A stretch of DNA of 47,192 nucleotides, filler included, from Jimgerdemannia flammicorona (Eukaryota): assembly GCA_003990765.1 (NCBI GenBank). It is 2 parts of 2 records of this genome, joined end to end, with 100 filler letters (N's around TTAATTAATTAA, not from the genome) between each part and the next. Parts side by side here need not be neighbours in the genome. Positions count along the whole stretch, not along the records: positions 1 to 23,550 come from RBNJ01001094.1; 1 more part is not named here. One strand, written 5' to 3'. Below, piece by piece: positions 11,501-22,407 of the stretch (positions are counted from its first letter, which is position 1; the number at the start of each line of letters is the position of its first letter). The notes beneath the pieces were generated by a model. It worked only from the letters and a program-made list of their open reading frames with translations. It made no database searches and was not told the origin of the DNA. Both the position numbers and the translations under genes were made by a program.

Positions 11501-14053
11501 AGATGCCTCAGTTGGCATTAGATGGATGAGGCTAAAGGAGACTGCTAGAGTCTATTGGAGGAAGGCAGGTATGGTAGCTGAGAGATAGAGAAGGAAGAAG
11601 AGAGTGAGGGCCTCTGTTAGATTGATGAGACTATTGAAAGATTAGGTAGGTTTGGTGGCCCTGGAGGGAGTGGAGGATTGGAGATTGCTATGAGTTAGAA
11701 AGGAGATTGTGGAGTTGTAACAGATATTGCAGGAGGAGGAGGAAGCACAGGTGCAGAGTATGGCTGTATGTCTCCATTGGCAAGAGCTGGAGGAAGAAGA
11801 GAGGTCCTCTAAGTTTCTCACAAGAGCCCTTTAGGTAAGGAGGATTTAGCAGAGATAGGAGGGGGTTCTTGATTCTGAGGAGACATTGGTACATAGCATA
11901 CAAGACATTCTCAGGTCACTGAAGGAACAGTGAAGTGACTTGTAGAGTGAGGAGAAGGGTGGGGCAGAAGATGTCTCTATTGGTATTGCCTTGGAGGATT
12001 GGCATCCACCACAGGCAGAAGGGCTGAGCAATTTGGTGATGCTGGTACAGGAGAAAGAAATTCACCAGATTCTTGCTGCAACTATATTGGGTATAGCACC
12101 AGGTAAGGATGGCCTGCCCTGGGCTTTCTAAAAGAAGATAGTGGATGTCCCCAGTATACTGGGAGAGCTGAGGGCACTCTGTGACTTGGTACTGCAGTTC
12201 AGGAGATGGATAAGAGAGCAGAATCTGGGGCTGGTGGTACTGCTGTATAAGAATAAGAGTAAGAAGGAGGACTGGAGAAACTGGAGGCCAATCATGCTAC
12301 TGGACATAGACAGGAAGTTGATTATGAAGGTAGTAGTAGCAAGACTGCAGAAGGTGGCCCAGCAGGTCTTGGGGGTAGAGTAGTGGGGATTTGTCAGAGG
12401 CCAACTTATTTGAGATAGTATAGCTTGAGTATACAGATTTATTGAAGAGGTATGGACCTGTAGATTGGATGGGTGCCTAGTCTTCTTAGATCAGAAGAAG
12501 GCATATGACTGTGTTTGGAGGGTCTGGTTGGCAAAGATACTAGACAGGATTGGAGTCCCTAATCAGTTCTGAGCAACAATAGTCAGTCTACTGAAAGGGA
12601 GCAGGGCTGCACTTATGTATAATAGATATTGAGGAGTGGCTTTTCCTCTGAGTAGTGGTATTCTCCAGAGGGACCTGCTGTCTCTCATTTTGTATACACT
12701 CTCCTTGGAGCTCCTAATGGATAGGATTTAGCAGAAGATAGGAGAGCTTTTGATTTATAGCATTGAGTGGAAAGTTGGTGCTTTTGCAGATAATATGGTG
12801 GTCAGTCTGAGTTTGATTACTGATATTGAAGAACTCAAGGAGACTGTAGAGTAGTATAAGACACACTTTGGGGCTAAACTCAATTAGCACAAGTGTGAAA
12901 CAATAGTGCTGAGTAATGGCCTGGTAGGGGGGGAGGTTATTGGAACAATTGTCCCTACTGGAGAGATAGTGAGATACTTGGGCATTTATCTGTCAGTGTA
13001 CAGGTCCATTCTTCCAAAACTCTGGTGAGAGTAGTAAGTAGTTATCTAGAGGGAGGCTCTGTAAAGCTGGGGAGGCCACTACTTGTCTCTTGCAGGGTGT
13101 GTTTCTATCTTGAATACTTACTGGCTGCCAAAGTTATAGTATCTGGCATATCATCTGGACTTCCCAGCCTAGGTGGTGAAGAGACTACTGAAACTGGCCA
13201 AGGGGTAGATCTGGGCAGATAGGAGGAGCCAGATTAGCTGGGAAGTTTTGTCTCTACCAGTGACTAGAGAGAGACTTGGGCTAGTTGACTTCTTGAAGAG
13301 ATTATACTACCTGAGAGCATGGTGGCTGAAGAGAGCTGTTGAGCTAGAGAGAGGCAGCTGGGTTTCTCTATTGAAGAAGATCTGAGAGATGAGGTTCTTA
13401 CTGAGAGGATCCACAGGAGATCTTCTGTCCTTGGTTGGACTTTAGAATAATGAATATATGCAGTTTAAGGGCTTCTGGTGGGGAGTTACTGATGGGGCAC
13501 ACTGTATTGACATTCATTGGCAGAGAAATGAGGGAGAAAGGCCTTGGGGCCCAGTGATGTGGAGATAGGATTGAGTATCACTAGGGGGTACCCTCATTGG
13601 TGACTTTTATATTAGTGATGGGGTTAAATACCAGAGGGAGTTGGGGCAGGATCTGTGGCCCAGCAGATGGTAGTTAGTAGGTATTGACAAAGAGTGGAAC
13701 TGGAACAGGATCTGGAACTGGAGTGCTGAGGTTTGGCAGTGACTGCCACTAAAGTATTGAGTAGTCTGGTAGTATATATTGAGGAGAAATGTTATGCTCA
13801 ACTTTCACTCTAACCATCTGGTAGAAGGGAGAATCTTTGACTGTGAGGAGTGCTATAATGTTGGACAGGAAGAGAGTTTGGTACAGATGCCTAAACATTG
13901 GCTAGAGGAGTGCAAGATGCTCAGTGACTTCTGGATAGTAGTTGGGAAGAGACTAGATATCATGCAGAGGAGGGATGGTGTAAGGAATTAGTGGGAGGAT
14001 CTGTAGGATAGACTGGTGAGAGGGGTTGGGAAGGAATAGCTTACTTTAGGGTG
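8565..14053 (+). mobile_element. LINE copy 4, left part (5' UTR, ORF1 8643-10642, ORF2 from 10674), degenerate
   Basis: Same 5' UTR as copy 1; NWRPIMLL and GAFADN RT motifs; C-terminal CEEC...HWLEEC zinc motif (13779..13991); interrupted by the Gypsy LTR at 14054. Confidence 0.9.
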
Positions 14054-14839
14054 TGTAATAGAATGAAAGAGTGTGAACAGATGGGACGTGACAAGTAATC
14101 ATAAATGATCACATGACCTGGCGATGACGTCATCATATGATAGAGCACGGCATATGAATAACGAGCGACGAACGATGCAAACGAATGACGCGAAAATGAT
14201 ATTTAGCTTATCCCTAACAACCGGCACCGCAGCAATAGTTGCCACAGCTGCTGATCATTGCCTAGTAATTGAGGTCCTGATCACAAAGATATTCTTTACC
14301 AAAAACCACCTGACAAAGGTCACAATCACAAACCTCATTATAGTTACCAAATTAGTCACTCATACTTAGTCCGAAATCACAGACCAACTTGTATAAATAC
14401 CCCCCAGTTTCCATCCGAAATAAAGCAGTTTTAGTTCAGTCCTTGATACAAGAATCAAGTTCCCCCCCACACACACATTCCCCTGAGTCTTAGTAATGAC
14501 ATCTAAGTGACTCTAGTGTTTCTGACTAAACTCCAGGAGCCTAGCTAACTTCTGCCAGAACTGAGACCAGTATATAAATCCCCAAAGACTTAAGTAAACC
14601 CATTGAACCTGAATTCCAAGGCAAATTCAGTCTGTGTATAGCAAAGAACAAGACCCTCGAAATAGAGCACAAGAGAAAGACCTTTGAAAGATAAGGCACT
14701 GCCGCTACAACTACTTAAAGTGAGCGCTTTCTCAAACTGAAGGCTATTTGATACACATTGTGTACTAAGTCCCTAAGTAATAGTCCACTTCCCTAATTAT
14801 CCAAAGGATAAGAGAGAGGTAGAAGTGAGAGTTATTACA
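14054..14839 (+). repeat. 5' LTR of G1
   Basis: Direct repeat of 22408-23194; 7-bp terminal inverted repeat; TATAAATACCCC 14392, AATAAA 14419. Confidence 0.97.
14123..14134. promoter_or_regulatory. CRE/ATF-type palindrome GATGACGTCATC in LTR U3 (also 22477-22488)
   Basis: Perfect TGACGTCA core in both LTRs, upstream of the TATA box. Confidence 0.5.
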
Positions 14840-14842
14840 ACT

Positions 14843-14854
14843 TGGTAGCAGTGG
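14843..14854 (+). promoter_or_regulatory. Primer-binding site, probably tRNA-iMet
   Basis: TGGTAGCAGTGG, 3 nt after the 5' LTR; begins with the CCA complement and resembles iMet-type PBS TGGTAGCAG. Confidence 0.75.
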
Positions 14855-15729
14855 ATTACCAGCCAAGAAGGCACCAAAGAATACACTCCTGAAGTTGGAA
14901 CAAGACCAACCTTGGACAGGAGTAACCCCCAGAAACAACTGTGGATCCCTAAACCAGAGCCAGAGAAGCCCTTGCCATTAGGACCAGGTGGTACCAGGAA
15001 ACCACAGACACAGAGACCCGCCAGCTTATAATTGACCAGGCTTACAAGGATCTATACCAGGCCTTTAGGACATACCATCCAGGACTTAGGAATATTATCA
15101 GCTGCCGTAGGTTCTACGAACTCCTCTGAGGATACATTGGAACCACTAGGACCCCTGAATCTACTGCTGTAGCCACCCAGGATTTTTTAGATTATATCAC
15201 ACCCCCTACTATAAGAGAAGTAGCTGCCGAGTAGATTGCCTCTGATAGATATCATCATACCTCAACCAAGACCTCCCTCTACTACAGGCTAGTTGTATAC
15301 TATGCCTCTGTCATAACTAGGTACGAGAATGAGCAAGCAGGCCAACCATCCCCTACTGCTGAACAAGGAGCAGGTCCATCTACCTAGCCAGAGACTGATA
15401 TCCTCTTTGAAGGACCTAGTCAGTATGAGGACGCACTATCTCATCAGGGAAGGGAGTCAGATGAAGACTCTATAGGTTATCAGTCTGACAATAGTCAACG
15501 AGGAATAGCAGGCCTAGGAATTTACCAAGGAACCACAGGTCAAGAAGATCAGACCCCAGAACCAACCCAGCCACCTATACAGAGGTTTGGTTTACCCTCT
15601 CTCACAGAACTCTTTGACTTGATATCCAGGAATCAAGTAACCTCAAGTCATACAGCACCACAACCCCATCAAGCAGAACAATCTTCAGGAGAATCTACCC
15701 CAACAGGCCCACCACCAATAGTCAACACA

Positions 15730-18700
15730 ATGGTTGATGCCAACATTACAGCACTGACCACCCAGCTAGCAGCACTAGCAGGGATAGTAGGACAGATTAC
15801 TGAACAGAACAAACCAACCAAGATCTTGCGAATTCCAACATTCAGTAGAAAAAACAGTGACATTGAAAACTTCATCAATGTAGTTGATACAGGCTACCAA
15901 GCCAATCAATGGAATGATAACCGAGTGCCTATAGGAATGCTCACAAACAACCAGAACAGTACCCTTCAACAGCTGTTTGCCACATCAGTAGCACAAGTGG
16001 AAACAGTAGCCACATTCTTCACTGGAACAGCAGCCGAATTCTGGCGAACCTTGGAACAACACCCAGTAACCTGGGAAGCCTTCCCTCAAGTCAATGGACA
16101 AGTACCTGGCAACAATAGACCAGGTTGGGATGACCATGAAGCAGGCCCAGGACTCAAGGCCTTGCTACTGACCAAATTCTGAAATGTAGTCTACATATAA
16201 GAAACTTGGAACAAACTGTCCCAGATGAAGTTCCACAAGAATGGCGAAGAAGATCTAGAGACCTTTGCCACCAGAATGGATGCCTATCTCAAAACTGTTG
16301 GACTTACTTACCAGGAGAACAATTTGGCCATCAATGGTACCAGAGCCAACCATCTCTTTGCAGCCCTACCAGACTGGCTCACCCAAAAGATCAAGGAACA
16401 AGGTCTTCCCCAAGGATGTCCCCACTACTCATAGTACTTTGCTCAAGTACAAAGAAGAGCCCGCAAAATCCTTGCTGCACAAGCTCTACGAAATCAAGAA
16501 CACAAGAAGGATAACCAAGATAGGAGGAACCCTACCAGGAGAAATGATCAAAGGAATGACCAAAGATATGATCAAAGATATGATCAAAGGAACCAGCGAA
16601 ACCCCAGAGGACCCAGACCTCCCACTGAGAATAAAAAGAGGCAGCTCCATGAAAAGGGATTGTGCTTCATCTGCAAGAAGGCAGGACACATCTCAGTCAA
16701 ATGCCCCGAGAAGAGAAACAGATCAGGTGAACCCAGTAACCAAAACATTACTATCATCAGAGAAGGTCCAGGAAAGAAGAACCCTGAGAATGTCATCAAA
16801 GTATAGAAGATATGGTACAAGGCTACCATCTCCACTAAGGCCCACCCAACCGATGCTGGTTATAACCTCTACAGCAGTCAAGACCTCACTATTCCACCAA
16901 GTACCAATGCTACAGTGCAAACAGGAATTGCAATGCAAGCTCCCAGAGGTACATACATCTGCCTTGCTGAACGAAGCAGCCTAGCCAAAGAGTTTAACAT
17001 TGGACTAGGAGGAGGAGTAGTTGATCAAGGATTTACTGGTGAAATCCATGTCATCTTGCAAAATTTTGGAGACACATCATTCAAAGTCAAAACTGGCCAA
17101 AGAATTGCCCAAGCAATCATTGAAGAAATCCATTAAGATCTTACCATTGAAGAAGTCCCCAAGCTCTTCCAGACAGACCATGGCAAGAAAGGGTTTGGAT
17201 CTACCAACAAACCTCCCAGTCAAAAGATCACTACCATGAAGGAAGATGATGAAAACTAGTACAAGAGAATTGCAGATGGTTATGCACCATGTGGACGATG
17301 CCCTCATTCTATTCAAATGTACTGCATGGAACATGTTGGTGAATGCCATGCATGCCTCTCCAAAGTTTTCAAAATTCAATCCAAGAAGCATCAAGCCCCA
17401 CAGACTGAGGAATCCAAACAAGACAACCCTCCTTGTAAAGGATGGGGAGAAACTGACTTTGAGGAGACTGACCACAATTGGGACAACAATGAGAATGAAG
17501 AGCTCAACACCATCAAGAAGGAGAACAGTTGCATCAAGTTCACAGGCCAAATCCACGGACAGAATGTCAATGTCTTGCTTGATAGTAGTGCTACTGGAAA
17601 CTACATCAACACTAAGACCACCAAGAGGATTGGAGCCCAAAGCAGACCAACTACTGAGAAAAGAAGTATTACCTTCAGTGATGGAAAGACTGTGCCATTG
17701 ACCAAGATCTGTGAAGATCTCTTGCTCAAGATTGGCAAATATCAAGAGAAGTTGGACTTCAGTATTGTAGATCTTCCAGGACAGGACATCATCCTAGGAA
17801 AAGCCTGGTTGACCCAGCACAACCCAGACATCAACTGGAGGACCAATGAGGTTAACCTGACCCACAAAGGCAGAAAGATCACTCTGATACCCCAGGAAGG
17901 TACCAACCACTAAGAAATCGAAATCATCTCTGCCATTCAAATGAAGAGACTCTCTCAAAAAAAGGGAAACACCTACTTCATCTGTACAGTACAAGAAGTC
18001 ACTGAAGCTACAAGTAGCCCAATTCCAACAAAAGCTCAAGAACTGTTTGAAGAATTCCAAGATGTATTCCAAGATCCTCAAGGACTTCCACCCAAGCACC
18101 AAATCCATCATGGAATTGATCTTATTCCAGGATCTGAACCCCCATACAAGAGTATCTACCAACTGGCACAACCTGAGCTCAAGACCCTCAAGGATGAATT
18201 GACCAAACTACTGGCCCAAGGATACATTGAACCCAGCCACTCTCCATTTGGAGCCCCCATTCTATTTGTCAAGAAGAAGGATGGCTCTCTGCGAATGTGT
18301 ATTGACTACAGAGCCCTCAACAAGATCACCATCAAGAACTGGTATGCCTTGTCTAGGATTGATGAGTTGCTACACCAAATATTCAAGGCCAAGACTTTTT
18401 CCCTACTAGACTTGCGAAATAGTTATCATCAGATTCTCATTGATGAGAAGGACATTGAAAAGACAGCTTTCTGAACATGGTTTGGACACTACCAGTTCCA
18501 AGTCATGCCTTTTGGATTGACCAATGCACCAGCAACATTCCAGTATCTGATGAATGATATCTTTGGACCACTCCTCAACATCTGTGTCCTTGTGTATATT
18601 GATGATATACTAATCTACAGTGAGACAGTAGAGTTACACTACACCCACCTCAGACAAGTACTGACCCTCCTGTGAGAATACCAGCTCTATGCCAAGATGA

Positions 18701-20922
18701 GCAAATGCAAGTTCTACCAAGATCAGATTGAATACCTGAGACACATCATCTCTGCTGAAGGTATCAATGTGGACCCCCAAAAGGTATCAGCCCTCAAAGA
18801 TATCCCTATCTCTAATACCCTCAAGTTACTCCAGCACTTTCTGGGTATTGCCAGTTATTACCGAAAGTTTATCCAAGGATACTCTGCTATTGCAGCCCCA
18901 CTGACCAGCCTGGCCCACAAAGGAGTGAACATCAAAGCTGAATGGACCCCTGAATGCACCCTGGCTATGGATCATCTCAAGAGACTCCTTACTGAGGCCC
19001 CAGTGCTGATTGCACCTGACCCTACCAGACCATTCACCCTGACCACAGATGTCTCTGATATTGCTATTGGAGCAGTACTCAGCCAAGAAGACTGCCCAGT
19101 GGCCTACCTTTCCCAGAAGCTCAAGCCAGCTGAGACCTGGTATATCACCCATGAGAAGGAACTCCTGGCTATTGTCACTGCACTCCAGGAATGGCGCCAT
19201 TTCCTCCTAGGACAGCCATTTGTGGCCTACACTGATCACCATGCACTACAGTATATTCACACACAGCCTATGCTGACCCACAGACAAGTCCACTAGATGG
19301 AAATCATTGCCAACTTTGATATGGAAATCAAGTATATCTCAGGCAAAACCAACTATATGGCTGATGGTTTCTCCAGGTATATGGAAGATGAACTTGTCTT
19401 CATAGTCGAGGTAATTAGAGACCTTACCCAAATGATCAAGAATGGCTATCAGCAAGACAGCCCCCTGATGAATTTCCTTCAATTCTGCCAAGACCCAGAG
19501 GCCAAGGTCCCAGAACCCATGAGGCAAATGGCCAAGAGATTCACCTACCATGATGGACTTATCTATAGGGACCATGACAGAGTGGTTGTACCCAACAATG
19601 ATACTCTGTGACTCAAGATCATGCAGGAACTCCATGATACTCCTGCAGCAGGACACTTTGGTTTAGAAAAGACCTACAACCTCCTCTCAAGAGAGTTCTA
19701 TTGGCCAAAGATGACCAAGGATATCAAAGACTTTGTGGCCTCATGCCAGATGTGCCAAAGGTTCAAAAGTGGTAACAAGCTACCAGCAGGACTCCTGCAA
19801 CCCTTGCCTATCCTGAGTCACAATTGGGACCAGATTGCAATGGACTTCATTGTCCAACTCCCCAAGACCAAGGCAGGATGGGATGCCATCATGGTATTCG
19901 TAGACTGCCTAAGTAAACAAGCCCATTTTGCACCCACCAAGACCACCACTACAGCACCAGAGATTGCTGAGATCTTTCTCAACCAAGTATTCAGGCTACA
20001 TGGCATGGCTAGCACTATCGTATCTGACCGAGATGCCAAGTTCACAAGCAACTTCTGGAAGGCATTCTTCTCCCTCCATGGAACTAAGCTGAAGTTCTCT
20101 ACTGCCTACCACCCTCAGACTGACAGTCAAACTGAGCGAACCAACAGGACTCTCAAACAGATGCTTAGCATCTTTTGCTGTTACAAGCAAAATGATTGCA
20201 ACAAGTACCTAGCCCATGCTGAGTTTGCCTACAACAACAGTCAGCAAACCTCCACAAAGAAGACTTCATTCTTCCTGAACCATGGTCAACACCCAAGAAC
20301 CCCAAGTACTATTGCGAAATCAGCAGTCCCAGTAGCCCAAGATCTGGCCAAGACCATTTCTGACCTTACCTGAATGACAAGAGATGCTCTCATAGAAGCA
20401 CAAGACTACCAGACCAAGTATGTGAACTTGAAGCAAAGAGAAGCCTTCTACAATATTGGTGACATAGTCATGCTTAGAACAGACCACCTCCACCCTGACA
20501 CCCCGGCACAACAACCAGCCAAGAAACTCCATGCTAGAAAAATTGGACCATACAAGATTGTGGAAAAAATCAGCAAAGTCAACTATAAATTGCAACTTCC
20601 TCACAATATCCAAGTACACCCAGTATTCCATATCAGCCAATTGGTGGACTACTATGAGAACCCATTCCCTGAGTGTACAGTTCCACCACCACCCCCAATT
20701 AGGATCAATGATCATGAGGAATTCGAAATTGAGGAAGTACTTGACCACAAGGTCCACAAATATCCCAAAACAGCCAAGCAGTTTTTCCTGATCAAGTGGA
20801 AGGGTTACCCCACCCACGATGCCATCTGGGAAAAAGAAGAAGCCCTGAAGAATGTACGCGAAGCCCTTCAGGACTACATGGAAACACTTACTCCCCAGCA
20901 AAGGAAGGAACTACAGCTCTAA
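15730..20922 (+). pseudogene. G1 single-frame gag-pol polyprotein broken only by nonsense codons
   Basis: All fragments are in one frame. CCHC knuckle CFICKKAGHISVKC 16663-16704; protease LLDSSAT ~17575; RT YIDD 18595-18606; RNase H TTDVSDIAIGAVLSQ; integrase HHCC and core 19621-20373; chromodomain ~20716-20880. Confidence 0.95.
16792..17208 (+). pseudogene. dut: dUTPase domain of G1, between Gag zinc knuckle and protease
   Basis: All five trimeric dUTPase motifs: DAGYNL, ERSSLA, GGVVDQGFTGEI, GQRIAQ, GKKGFGST. Confidence 0.93.
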
Positions 20923-21565
20923 GTATTGGAGCGCATAGTGAGCAGAAGGATACTATATATTTTATCCAGAAACATATAATACCAAATATTGTGAAAAAAG
21001 GAATACTATGGATAACCAACAAGAAGATACCCGAGCAAAAGAACAATCTAGTACAGTACAGCAAAATATATTTGAACAACTCTATTTCATGCCATCTGTG
21101 TCATCTCTGCTGGATGATGACAGACACTTCATGTGAAACTTAGAAAAGCCGACAATGTTGAAACCAGTCTAAGTCCATCTACGTGACAGATATTATTACT
21201 AGGAATTGTCTCGGATTATAAGAAAAGTCTATTTCCGAGAGGTTCAAACCCCCAGCTGTGACTATGGGAGCCCTCACCCTAGACAAGGATGGCCAGTCCT
21301 CGCAAATGTGCCAACCAGACAAAAAAAAAGTGGACCAAGACCTGTTAACCCTGTGTAACCACAACTATGAGTGACAAGATCTTTGAAATCAGAATTTTCT
21401 CATGTGACCAGCACATGCTCCGCTTACAGCACAGGTCATACATTTTGCCAGAAAGTGTGACCAAAGGAAGGTCACATCAGATGGGGGAATAAGTATAAAT
21501 ACCCAAGGCCAGAATACCCTGCAACTCTCATCCCTCTCTCCTTACAAAGAAAAGACAAGACAAGA

Positions 21566-22396
21566 ATGCCTGCCACCTGCCGCCAAACTGCCCGCCATAG
21601 CCAGCCCCTCCCAAGCCAGGTTGACTGCCTCTTTGGACACATCCAGGTTGCCATCCAAGGAAGGAACCGCTGCTCAGAGGCCCTTAACCTCTCCAGCCCA
21701 GACCTAGGACAGTATGTCCTTGACTGCCATGAACTTATCGAAAGGACCTACCTTGCTACCAGCTGCCTAGAAATCTGGCATAAATATGAAATCGGTCACC
21801 AGCTTCTCCAACATACAAATGGCCTACCCACAGACCAGGTCTCTGACTGGACCCACCTAGACAGGCATGAGCAAAGACTTGTCAAGAAGGTCCATCAAAT
21901 CATGTACCATGCACCCTTTGTGATCCCCAACCTCAACTACATACAACTGAAGGACTTCCAGAACCTCTCTTTCCCTGAGGTCGATACCCTAGAAGTCAAG
22001 GTCGCCCAAGAAACCAACTCCTGGATTGCCCTCAAGTCTACTGACATCAAGCCTCACTGGAGCCCCCTCCTGAATGACAACTCTGACCAATGGCTCCAAG
22101 GCCTCTCTGACCTCTTTGAAGGACCACCTACCTGAATGGATATTCCCAGACATGAAGATCAAGAACCCTACTTGGATGGCTCCAACTGCATCAGATGGAG
22201 AACCCCTACACCAGCACCTATTCTAATGCAAGAACCATTTGCAGACCTCATTGACTTCTCCATCTTGGACAGCAAGCCATCAGCAACCACCACCCCCCCT
22301 GCTACTGAAGAAGATGCCAACAATCCTGAGCAGGATTCCTCACCTTTCTCTCCCCTAGTTCTCAATTTCTCAATCAATGAGGACATTGATTTCTAA
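21566..22396 (+). pseudogene. G1 extra 3' ORF of unknown function (~276 aa, one internal TGA)
   Basis: ORFs 21566..22135 and 22136..22396 are in frame; final TAA abuts the PPT; homologue in G2 at 42670-43468. Confidence 0.8.
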
Positions 22397-22407
22397 GGGG
22401 GGAAGGA
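22395..22407 (+). promoter_or_regulatory. Polypurine tract of G1
   Basis: AAGGGGGGAAGGA directly before the TGT of the 3' LTR. Confidence 0.92.

Noticed and set aside
14124..14369. Small ORFs in both LTRs (also 22542..22724)
   Set aside because: Different starts in the two copies, no motif; duplicated only because they lie in the LTR.
16804..16806. TAG near the gag/dUTPase junction as programmed readthrough
   Set aside because: One of many transition-type stops and lies inside the dUTPase N-terminus; cannot be told apart from decay.
16792..17208. dUTPase as direct defence against the C>T hypermutation
   Set aside because: dUTPase limits dUTP misincorporation during synthesis and does not repair deaminated cytosine or 5mC; co-occurrence alone is not evidence.
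16265..17701. Overlapping alternative-frame ORFs (239 aa, 151 aa) suggesting programmed frameshifting
   Set aside because: All recognisable domains are in one frame; the other frames have no motifs.
21566..22396. env gene
   Set aside because: No evident signal peptide, transmembrane segment or furin site.
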